Below are positions 8,440 through 15,867 of a stretch of 64,000 nucleotides of DNA, piece after piece; positions within the stretch are counted from its first letter, which is position 1; the number at the start of each line of letters is the position of its first letter. The notes under the pieces are model-generated. The model saw only the letters and a list, made by a program, of their open reading frames with translations. It had not been told where the DNA came from and made no database searches. Source of the stretch: a virus (Duplodnaviria > Caudoviricetes); the IMG/VR virus record IMGVR_UViG_3300021400_000091, positions 24,421-88,420 of that record. One strand, given 5' to 3'. Position numbers and translations under genes: made by a program.

Positions 8440-8721
8440 ATGAAACTAAAAATGATAACGGCTTTGCTCTTCATTATGCTTGCTGCTTTTGTGTGTAATG
8501 CACAAGAGCAACTTGTCATTAAGGATGGCAAGGTTGCTGTCGTTAAGGTTGACACCACCAAAAAAACTCAAAAGCCTGCTGAAAAAGTTGGTGATTACAC
8601 AGTTAATGGTAAAAAAGTTACTGTGTATAGAGGGTCTAGAGGTGGATACTTCTATTATACGGGCAAAGTCGATAAAAACGGCAAGCCTGTTAAGAAGTAT
8701 ATAAAGACGTATAAACCTTGA
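8440..8721 (+). CDS. Small secreted basic protein
   Basis: Sec signal MKLKMITALLFIMLAAFVCNA-Q; Lys-rich mature part with YRGSRGGYFY. Confidence 0.75.
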   Translation: MKLKMITALLFIMLAAFVCNAQEQLVIKDGKVAVVKVDTTKKTQKPAEKVGDYTVNGKKVTVYRGSRGGYFYYTGKVDKNGKPVKKYIKTYKP

Positions 8722-8839
8722 CGGCAAAGTTGGGTTCAGACTATTCCCAGCTTCACAGACAAAATAGTGACTAGCCAAAGGGGAGATGGCTATGTTCTCC
8801 CCAAAGTTGTTTTCCAAATAAAAAATAAAGATAGAAGAT

Positions 8840-9217
8840 ATGGAAAACTATGATGAGATGTTAGAACAGATTCAACACAAAATAAACGTGTTAGAAGGCA
8901 AAAAGGCTGCACTTATACAGAACTTTATTCTCGAGAACGAGGCAACACTATTCGGGGAGGTCTTAGACTTGTTAACTAGGACTAATATTGTGGCTGGGGA
9001 TTATTATGCTCCAACTCGTAAATATTCCACTATTAGTGGGATTAAAAATCTCCGTGTTTCCTGTCAAGACAACGAGGGAAATGTTGTGATAAATATTAAG
9101 GTAGAGAGCAAAAAGGGAGAATATTTTGCTCAATATTGGAAATCACAAAAGCCAGTTCTTATTAAGGAGTACAAAGTGTCTTTTTGCTATTCTTATAGCA
9201 AGAGATACTACGAGTAA
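8840..9217 (+). CDS. Hypothetical protein
   Basis: 125-aa ORF with A-rich leader. Confidence 0.7.
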   Translation: MENYDEMLEQIQHKINVLEGKKAALIQNFILENEATLFGEVLDLLTRTNIVAGDYYAPTRKYSTISGIKNLRVSCQDNEGNVVINIKVESKKGEYFAQYWKSQKPVLIKEYKVSFCYSYSKRYYE

Positions 9218-9258
9218 TAATCAACCCTTTGCGGTTGGGGGTTAAACCGCTTTTCGTT

Positions 9259-9747
9259 ATGAAATTATTACATGTTGAAGGATGTAGTATCAAAGAAGCC
9301 ATTGTGGCTCTTGGTATATATCATCATGGGCATAAAATGCCAAAAGATGGCAAGTACAAAGTTGGGCATGGAAGAGCATATATTGGACACATTTCAGAGA
9401 TAACTCCTAATCCAGTGTGCCGTGAGAATGATTATATAATAACTCGTTTTAGAAGTGAGCTACGAGTTTATGATTGTAATCAATCATACATTCTTGATAC
9501 TATTGGGGGTGGACCTGAATCATGGGGCACAGTTATGAAAGTTAGCATGGAAGTCCTAAACGATTGGTTAATTAGTTCAGCCAAATTGCGTATATGTGAT
9601 GTTATTAGAACCGCCAGACTTCAAGAATTAGGTTTTCCTGAACTTAATTTCAATTATAAACTAGCTGAAGAATGGGATGGAAAAGTTACCCCGCAATTTG
9701 TAAGAGTATGGCCAAATGAAGAAGATGAAATTAAATCACGTCTTTGA
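9259..9747 (+). CDS. Hypothetical protein
   Basis: ATG at 9259 preferred over TTG at 9229. Confidence 0.7.
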   Translation: MKLLHVEGCSIKEAIVALGIYHHGHKMPKDGKYKVGHGRAYIGHISEITPNPVCRENDYIITRFRSELRVYDCNQSYILDTIGGGPESWGTVMKVSMEVLNDWLISSAKLRICDVIRTARLQELGFPELNFNYKLAEEWDGKVTPQFVRVWPNEEDEIKSRL

Positions 9748-9763
9748 CTTTGTGCTAGGTGAT

Positions 9764-9802
9764 GACAAGATAGAGGGGCTGATACAGCTCCTCTATATTG
9801 TC
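9764..9802 (+). terminator. Intergenic hairpin
   Basis: GACAAGATAGAGGGGCTG/CAGCTCCTCTATATTGTC imperfect stem. Confidence 0.5.
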
Positions 9803-9840
9803 TCAATGTTGTTATTTCCGATATTAATTTTGCTTTAACT

Positions 9841-10089
9841 ATGATTACAATTAAAGATAAAGGTCTAATTGAGAAATTGTGTGAAATCTTTAATGTAAAA
9901 ACAGATGAAGATGTAACACTTTTTCACAATGACTATGGGTTTTATATCCAATTTGGAGAAACCAGAAGAAAAGTAGTCAATTATTATCAAATAATAGATA
10001 AAGATGTGGAATTAGTAATATGTATGCCACTAGGGCTGTTCCATATATTTAACATCACAAAGAAAGAGTACAAAGAGTTACAACTATAA
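9841..10089 (+). CDS. Hypothetical protein
   Basis: 82-aa ORF in the early cluster. Confidence 0.65.
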   Translation: MITIKDKGLIEKLCEIFNVKTDEDVTLFHNDYGFYIQFGETRRKVVNYYQIIDKDVELVICMPLGLFHIFNITKKEYKELQL

Positions 10090-10094
10090 AAATT

Positions 10095-10385
10095 ATGTCA
10101 ATAACATATTATATTAATGCACTTAAAAAGTACTATTTGAGAAAAATCACTATCATAAAAACTAATAATACCCGTTATGATACTGATGACCTTGACATAA
10201 TAGTACAACATCATTTTTATAGAAAGGGACTTTACGTGAATTATATTATCTATAATGATGGTGAAGATAAATGGAAAATAGAAAAATTAATTAGCATTGA
10301 TGATGTATTGCCAACTGAAGAAAATAGAACTATGCTAATTAACATACTTTGCCACATAAAAGATAATATCCCATTTGCTCAATAA
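10095..10385 (+). CDS. Hypothetical protein
   Basis: 96-aa ORF in the early cluster. Confidence 0.65.
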   Translation: MSITYYINALKKYYLRKITIIKTNNTRYDTDDLDIIVQHHFYRKGLYVNYIIYNDGEDKWKIEKLISIDDVLPTEENRTMLINILCHIKDNIPFAQ

Positions 10386-10386
10386 G

Positions 10387-10427
10387 TTGCAGCGGTAGTC
10401 GTAATGGCTATCGCTGCAATTATTTTT
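10387..10427 (+). terminator. Intrinsic terminator
   Basis: TTGCAGCGGTAGTC/GGCTATCGCTGCAA stem plus T tract. Confidence 0.7.
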
Positions 10428-10480
10428 GATTATAAGGTTACAAATCTAAATTGTAATCTTATAACAAACCTTACAGGTAT

Positions 10481-10516
10481 TACCTCAAAAACAGAGATAA
10501 CATATAAAATTTTGAT
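10481..10516 (+). promoter_or_regulatory. 36-bp early-region element, copy 3
   Basis: TACCTCAAAAACAGAGATAACATATAAAATTTTGAT. Confidence 0.7.
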
Positions 10517-10622
10517 TGTTTTAACATATAAAAATAGTCATTATAATAATGGTAAATGCTAGAGCCGTTATTGTAATTATTAATTCTAGCGATGTTGTTG
10601 TCCTTAAATTGATATTATAACT

Positions 10623-11075
10623 ATGGACAATCGAATTAAAAAACTAGCACTTGAAGGTCTAATTAATCGAGTAAGCGCTGACCCTGGCGCAGGCATTGAG
10701 CCTGCATATCTTCTAAAGAAGGATTTTGTTGACCGAGTAATTGAAGTTATTGGCTGTTTGGATGAAGAGGTTTTGCTTTATCTTTCAGGTGATGTTAAAT
10801 TGCCTGAAGTTGGAAGCAGTTTTGTGATAAGAAAAGGTGATAAGGATGTAGAGTGTATTGTAGAGGCTATTAACCTTACCGATGCTACTATTACTCTTAC
10901 TCATCTCGTTCCTAAAACTTACTATTTCAAAACTACCGAAGCAGCCCAAACTTTTACCACTACTGGTAAAAAGGGTAACTACTCTGATTGGGATGATAAT
11001 CATTCAGATAATTATCCTTACAAGGGAGAGCACGAAGTAGAGCAGAGAGAACTAATCGGATTCGACAGACTGTAA
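10623..11075 (+). CDS. Hypothetical protein
   Basis: 150-aa ORF. Confidence 0.75.
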   Translation: MDNRIKKLALEGLINRVSADPGAGIEPAYLLKKDFVDRVIEVIGCLDEEVLLYLSGDVKLPEVGSSFVIRKGDKDVECIVEAINLTDATITLTHLVPKTYYFKTTEAAQTFTTTGKKGNYSDWDDNHSDNYPYKGEHEVEQRELIGFDRL

Positions 11076-11200
11076 GAACAACACTAATACTATTATCAAT
11101 AAACGCCATAAAACTATTACCTATAGATGGGTTTAAATTATTGATAATAGTATTAGTTTCTCTTTAATAAACATAATAAACTTTTAAAAAAATTTGAAAA

Positions 11201-11920
11201 ATGGCTAAGAAAGAAAGAACTGACGAACTTGATGATATTATCAAGAACGTAGAAGAAGAAGCTAAGAAGGCTAAAGCAGAAGCTGATGCTGATGTTAACA
11301 ATGAAGCTGATGCTGATGAGCTTGAAGATGTAGACGACGATGATGACGACAATGATGACGACACTGCCACTGAAAGTACTAAGGATGATGAAGAAAAGTC
11401 CTTTGCACAAATCTGTCGTGACATCCTCAAGGACAAGAACAACAAGCGTTGGAACGGCTTAGTAATCAAGCGAATTTCGTTTGATGAAAAAGCAAACTAC
11501 ACGCAAGTGAATGTAACACTAAACAAGAAAATCCCTAGCACTAGTCAATATGCTGTTGATGGTAAGCACAAAACGCTTTACACTAACACTTTTGCTATTG
11601 CTAGTGTTATTCGTGAACTCCCATTTGCATGGCTTGCTACTCATGTAATTGATGAGCCGGAATGTATGGAACAAATCCTTACTGGTGCTACTATTGATAT
11701 TATTCAAGTTTTCACTCCTGAAAACGAAGAATTTGTCAATCCTTTCAGCACCAAGAGCAATCCTGATGTTTATGTTAGCGAAGAAGACACTATTCGTGAC
11801 TTTATTGTTAACATTAAGCTTAGCAATATGGGTATGGCTTATCTTATGGAATATGCTCGTGACCTTCGTAATGAGCGTCGTCGCCAAAAGCAAATGGCTT
11901 CAATGATGATGTCGATGTAA
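11201..11920 (+). CDS. Hypothetical protein with very acidic N-terminal tract
   Basis: Poly-D/E stretch followed by a beta-rich domain; codon bias of a highly expressed gene. Confidence 0.8.
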   Translation: MAKKERTDELDDIIKNVEEEAKKAKAEADADVNNEADADELEDVDDDDDDNDDDTATESTKDDEEKSFAQICRDILKDKNNKRWNGLVIKRISFDEKANYTQVNVTLNKKIPSTSQYAVDGKHKTLYTNTFAIASVIRELPFAWLATHVIDEPECMEQILTGATIDIIQVFTPENEEFVNPFSTKSNPDVYVSEEDTIRDFIVNIKLSNMGMAYLMEYARDLRNERRRQKQMASMMMSM

Positions 11921-11937
11921 AACTTGTAAATAGATAA

Positions 11938-11972
11938 TTAGCAGTTGTTGTACATAGTATAGCAACTGCTAA
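11938..11972 (+). terminator. Hairpin after gene
   Basis: TTAGCAGTTGTTGTAC/GTATAGCAACTGCTAA. Confidence 0.55.
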
Positions 11973-12118
11973 TGTCTAAGTTCTTGCATCAAACTTGTCT
12001 TAAAATGTTAACAACTTTTTTATATTGATTTATATCTACCGATAATGCAGATAATACTAGTTTTCTTGCTACAACTTTATAAAATTCATTTAATCACTTA
12101 AAAATTTTATGAAATATT

Positions 12119-12148
12119 TTTGTAGTTCGAAAACTAGTATTATATTTG
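12119..12148 (+). promoter_or_regulatory. Bacteroidota sigma-A promoter (-33 TTTG, -7 TATATTTG)
   Basis: Both elements present with an 18-nt spacer, upstream of ATG 12179. Confidence 0.7.
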
Positions 12149-12178
12149 CATTGTCTAACATTTAAATATAATACTGAT

Positions 12179-12748
12179 ATGTATAAGAACAGATTTAACC
12201 AAACTCGTAGAGCATTTAATAAAGTAAATAGAAATGCTCAAGGTCGTGAAAATGAAAATCAAGGAGCTAAACGCGGTCTTCCTAGAAATATCGCTCCTAT
12301 CGTTCATGTCCTTAAAACTAATAAGGATATTAGAACATATTGTAGCAAAGTTTTGATTAATCTTCATCGTCATAACGGCGATATTGAGGATAATCAAAAA
12401 GTTTTCGTTGAATTTAATAATGGAGTTTACTCTATTATCAAATATCCGAAAACTGATGATGGCATTAAGTCAATGCCAATTCGTAACGACTATCCTTATA
12501 CCACTAAGGAATTCTATCTTGCTCTTCAAGCAAGTGCGATGATTTTGCTGAATATTATTGTTAACAATTTTGCAAACTACTTTGTAACTTATAAACCAAC
12601 TTTTGACCTGAAAGATACAAATCTTGACAAGATATTCGAAGGTCAAGTGAAAAAAGTAAGTGATGCTGAAATAGCGTTTCAAAATAATTTACTTCACGAG
12701 GGAGAAGAAGAAGTTGTTACTGAAAACACTGACAAAGATGCCGAGTGA
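12179..12748 (+). CDS. Hypothetical protein
   Basis: ATG at 12179; basic N-terminus and acidic tail. Confidence 0.75.
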   Translation: MYKNRFNQTRRAFNKVNRNAQGRENENQGAKRGLPRNIAPIVHVLKTNKDIRTYCSKVLINLHRHNGDIEDNQKVFVEFNNGVYSIIKYPKTDDGIKSMPIRNDYPYTTKEFYLALQASAMILLNIIVNNFANYFVTYKPTFDLKDTNLDKIFEGQVKKVSDAEIAFQNNLLHEGEEEVVTENTDKDAE

Positions 12749-12863
12749 ATACGAAGTAGAAATGTCCAATGAGATTTTCTCAGAAGATATAGATAAAATT
12801 GACACTTATGATACAGAGAATGATGCAATTGCTCCAGATGATGGAGCAGAATACGGCTATTGA
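12738..12863 (+). CDS. 41-aa highly acidic peptide (not in ORF track)
   Basis: MPSEYEVEMSNEIFSEDIDKIDTYDTENDAIAPDDGAEYGY; overlaps both neighbouring genes and fills the gap between them. Confidence 0.55.
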   Translation: MPSEYEVEMSNEIFSEDIDKIDTYDTENDAIAPDDGAEYGY

Positions 12864-13161
12864 TGCCGTAAAGGAACTTTGCTGTAAGGATATTCATCCA
12901 ACCAGCAAGCTGTATAATGTTTTTAATGGTAATATTATTAATGCCATCGAAGGTATTGATAATCCTACTATCTTAAAAGCAATAGCTGCCAACCTTAAGA
13001 ATCTCCGCAAGCAAATTGATAATGCTATTGCTGATGTCAAAGGAACTTGTGAGGCTAAGATTCAAGCGCTTGAAAATGATAAAAAGCGTTTTGAGTCTAT
13101 GTCTAGAGAAGATATGATTGCTCGTATTAAAGAACTTGAAGCAAAAGAAGAAGATAACTAA
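12838..13161 (+). CDS. Coiled-coil hypothetical protein
   Basis: ATG at 12838/12841 preferred. Confidence 0.7.
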   Translation: MMEQNTAIDAVKELCCKDIHPTSKLYNVFNGNIINAIEGIDNPTILKAIAANLKNLRKQIDNAIADVKGTCEAKIQALENDKKRFESMSREDMIARIKELEAKEEDN

Positions 13162-13179
13162 CTTGCTTCTGCTATCATT

Positions 13180-13190
13180 CCCTCTACGGG
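13180..13190 (-). repeat. CCCGTAGAGGG element, exact
   Basis: Intergenic. Confidence 0.95.
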
Positions 13191-13204
13191 CAGTTCTCAA
13201 CAAG

Positions 13205-13246
13205 CTGTAACGGCAATTACGGCAATGGTTGCCGTTACAGTTATTT
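13205..13246 (+). terminator. Hairpin/terminator
   Basis: CTGTAACGGCAATT/GGTTGCCGTTACAG plus TTATTT. Confidence 0.55.
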
Positions 13247-13293
13247 AGAGTTAAACATTGCTAATTGTTAAACCACATAATATAGATAGAACT

Positions 13294-13623
13294 ATGTGGA
13301 AGCTGACAAAAATTATACTATTTGGGCTATTAATGTTTTGCCTTGGTCTTGTTACAGCTAAGATTGATATTACTCATCGTTATAATTGTCTTAATGATGT
13401 TCAGTATGCAAATTATCTTACTATACCTTACAAAGTTAAGTGTATTCAAAGTGGAGAAGAACTCCATGATTGGGCACTTAAAAATGTTCCTGCTTATTAT
13501 GATTCTATTTGTTCTCAACAATGTGATGAATACATAAGGTATTGTTATTATCATTATTATCTTCTTGATAATCCTGATAGTACTAGTTACGAAGATTACA
13601 AAGAAACATTCGACAATTTTTAA
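13294..13623 (+). CDS. Membrane-anchored hypothetical protein
   Basis: N-terminal hydrophobic helix from ATG 13294. Confidence 0.65.
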   Translation: MWKLTKIILFGLLMFCLGLVTAKIDITHRYNCLNDVQYANYLTIPYKVKCIQSGEELHDWALKNVPAYYDSICSQQCDEYIRYCYYHYYLLDNPDSTSYEDYKETFDNF

Positions 13624-13627
13624 AGGT

Positions 13628-13744
13628 ATGAGTATTGCAACAGGATTTTATATTGTTTTAGGTATTGGAGTTGGATATATTCTATTCAACCTTTTGCCAA
13701 AAGCAATTAAGGATATTAAAGATGGGGTCACTAAAGACCTCTAG
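13628..13744 (+). CDS. 38-aa single-TM peptide (not in ORF track)
   Basis: MSIATGFYIVLGIGVGYILFNLLPKAIKDIKDGVTKDL, starting 4 nt after the previous stop. Confidence 0.55.
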   Translation: MSIATGFYIVLGIGVGYILFNLLPKAIKDIKDGVTKDL

Positions 13745-13855
13745 ACGTTCACATTTTACATCTGCGCTCGTTTAATGCTTTACTAGTACATTCCATCATA
13801 ACAAGGCATTAAAGCGTTAAACGGCGCAAATTTTAATTTTTAACAATTTTGTATT

Positions 13856-14149
13856 ATGGCTCAATTAGTAAGTTTTAATAAAGAGATTATTAAAGACATT
13901 ATTGAAATGTCTGGTGTTAAGGTTAACGAAGATAATGTTCTGTTCATTAAATTTAATGATCAGAAACATAAAACATATATTGTTACTAAAGCAAATACCG
14001 AATCAGGTTTTGCTTATAAAGGTGTTGTTAATTTCCCCGTAGAGGGAATCATCACCTATAATAAAGGTAACAATAGTATTGTTCTCTTTGATAAAAGCTA
14101 TCTTGTATGGGATATAGAATTAGGTAAGCACAAATTTATTAATGGTTAA
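13856..14149 (+). CDS. Hypothetical protein
   Basis: 97-aa ORF. Confidence 0.7.
   Translation: MAQLVSFNKEIIKDIIEMSGVKVNEDNVLFIKFNDQKHKTYIVTKANTESGFAYKGVVNFPVEGIITYNKGNNSIVLFDKSYLVWDIELGKHKFING
14036..14046 (+). repeat. CCCGTAGAGGG element, exact
   Basis: In CDS; reads FPVEG. Confidence 0.95.
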
Positions 14150-14202
14150 TTGTTAAAAAGGTTATCCGATTGCTACGGTCTGTGAAGATAGTAGCAATAT
14201 TA

Positions 14203-14286
14203 GCCACCATGTTGGAATAGGTAGACAAGACGGACTTAAAATCCGTTGAGCATTTGCTCGTGTGGGTTCAAGTCCCACTGGTGGTA
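14203..14286 (+). tRNA. tRNA-Leu(TAA)
   Basis: GCCACCA/TGGTGGT acceptor stem, ACGGA-CTTAAAA-TCCGT anticodon arm, long variable arm, GTTCAAGTC T-loop. Confidence 0.95.
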
Positions 14287-14353
14287 CTACTTTCGTTTCA
14301 ATGATTTTCATAATACTATTACTATGGTCTGTGAAGATAATAGTAATATTTCT

Positions 14354-14426
14354 GCCCCAATAGCTCAAAGGATAGAGCAACAGTCTTCTAAACTGTGGGT
14401 TGAAGGTTCGAGTCCTTCTTGGGGTA
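14354..14426 (+). tRNA. tRNA-Arg(TCT)
   Basis: GCCCCAA/TTGGGGT acceptor stem, ACAGT-CTTCTAA-ACTGT anticodon arm, GTTCGAGTC. Confidence 0.95.
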
Positions 14427-14497
14427 CTAGTGTGGATTTTAAGGGAATTAGATTAAATGTTACTATTATTGCTTGTGAAAGTAGTAATAGTATTTAT

Positions 14498-14570
14498 GGC
14501 AGTATCGTCTAAATGGTTAGGACGCCACTCTTTCAAGGTGGAAATTCGGGTTCGATTCCCGATATTGCTA
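14498..14570 (+). tRNA. tRNA-Glu(TTC)
   Basis: GGCAGTA/TATTGCT acceptor stem, CCACT-CTTTCAA-GGTGG anticodon arm, GTTCGATTC. Confidence 0.93.
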
Positions 14571-14611
14571 CTAGAGATAATTAACATTGTTGTTTTCTAA
14601 TTCTTAATAAT

Positions 14612-14848
14612 ATGAGTAGAAGTAAAAGAAAACATCCAAGATTCAAATGTGCTGATAGCATTAGTAACAAACTAGCTAAATCAAAAGCTAATCGAAAATT
14701 TCGTCGAGTTAATAAAATTATTCTTAAAAAAGGAGAAGATTTCTTTAAATTAATTCGTGAAGTTAGCAATGTTTGGGCAGATTTTCCTAGTGATGGTCTT
14801 GCAGATCATTATTTACCAAATGCGAGCAAGAAAGATATGTCGAAATAA
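14612..14848 (+). CDS. Small basic hypothetical protein
   Basis: MSRSKRKHP... K/R-rich ORF inside the tRNA cluster. Confidence 0.7.
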   Translation: MSRSKRKHPRFKCADSISNKLAKSKANRKFRRVNKIILKKGEDFFKLIREVSNVWADFPSDGLADHYLPNASKKDMSK

Positions 14849-14942
14849 ATACTAATTTTAATGGGGCAGTTAAAAGGACTATACGTTGTTTTCTGTCATA
14901 AGCTAATTCCTAATGCTGCCCCTTATAATTTGATATGTTTTA

Positions 14943-15016
14943 GCTCCTGTAGCTCAGTCGGTTAGAGCAGCTGACTCATAATCAGAAGGTCACAGGTTCA
15001 AGCCCTGTTGGGAGCA
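14943..15016 (+). tRNA. tRNA with CAT anticodon (Ile2/lysidine type or elongator Met)
   Basis: GCTCCTG/TGGGAGC acceptor stem; CTGA-CTCATAA-TCAG anticodon arm resembles tRNA-Ile2; lacks initiator features. Confidence 0.9.
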
Positions 15017-15020
15017 CTAC

Positions 15021-15060
15021 TGCTAGAGTAGTTTAACTTATAACTACTCTAGCATTTTTT
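15021..15060 (+). terminator. Intrinsic terminator after tRNA cluster
   Basis: TGCTAGAGTAGTT/AACTACTCTAGCA plus T6. Confidence 0.8.
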
Positions 15061-15086
15061 GTTTAATTTTTAAAAACTAACGTAAA

Positions 15087-15410
15087 ATGAGAAAGAAAAC
15101 TTATGATGAAGTTAGTGTCGTTAAGGCACTTAACAAGAAAAGAGATGTTAAGGTCTATTATTATGACAAGAGAATTGAAGTTACCATTGGTACTACTGAA
15201 TGTGGTAATGGTACATGGGGTAAGATTGATTACCTAGTGCATTATTGTGGTTATGTTCAACTTTGGGTTAAACAACAAGCTAATGCTGCTAATGTTGAAA
15301 AAGTAGCTTCTAATAAAGCTACTAAACGTCAAAAGAAAGAATCTACTGAGAGTGCTCCTAGAGCTTTGGGGAAGAAAATGAGGAATTTCAAATTGAGAAC
15401 CAATGCCTGA
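15087..15410 (+). CDS. Basic hypothetical protein
   Basis: 107-aa ORF containing GNGTWGKIDYL. Confidence 0.75.
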   Translation: MRKKTYDEVSVVKALNKKRDVKVYYYDKRIEVTIGTTECGNGTWGKIDYLVHYCGYVQLWVKQQANAANVEKVASNKATKRQKKESTESAPRALGKKMRNFKLRTNA

Positions 15411-15867
15411 ATTTAATTTCAAAGTTCAAGTTGTTACTAAAATACCTACTGGCAGAAAAAGTAAGTATAAAATAATAACTAAAACTGAGAATGTTCATGT
15501 TAACATAGAAGGAGTTGTTCATATTAATATGAATGGCTCTTATTATGTTAAATGTGAATATGGGGAATTCCCTATACATCCTGATTGTTTCAGTGTTGCT
15601 GGGATAAAGGTCATATATCCAAAAAAATTACTAGATGGAAGAAGATATTTAATTCGTCGTGACGAATATTATGGTCTTCCTGATGTAAAAGGGTATTTAC
15701 CTTTTAGCCCAGGCTGCAAAGTTAAAGGAAATGCAGTTCATAATTCTATTATTAACCTATCCTTTTTTAAGATTAAAAAAGTATGGGAAGATGATTGGGA
15801 TGAAGAATGTATTGCCGCAAGTAGATTTTATCGTGAACATTATAACGAAATCTTCAAAAAGAAATGA
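15403..15867 (+). CDS. Hypothetical protein
   Basis: 154-aa ORF overlapping both neighbours. Confidence 0.75.
   Translation: MPEFNFKVQVVTKIPTGRKSKYKIITKTENVHVNIEGVVHINMNGSYYVKCEYGEFPIHPDCFSVAGIKVIYPKKLLDGRRYLIRRDEYYGLPDVKGYLPFSPGCKVKGNAVHNSIINLSFFKIKKVWEDDWDEECIAASRFYREHYNEIFKKK

Noticed and set aside
14862-14922. GGGGCAG/CTGCCCC-closed segment in the tRNA cluster as a fifth tRNA
   Set aside because: Only about 61 nt, with no T-loop consensus or convincing anticodon arm; at most a relic.
14287-15060. tRNA-associated HDV-like (theta) ribozymes
   Set aside because: Sequences 3' of the tRNAs are short AT-rich spacers or a plain terminator, with no nested double-pseudoknot pairing visible.
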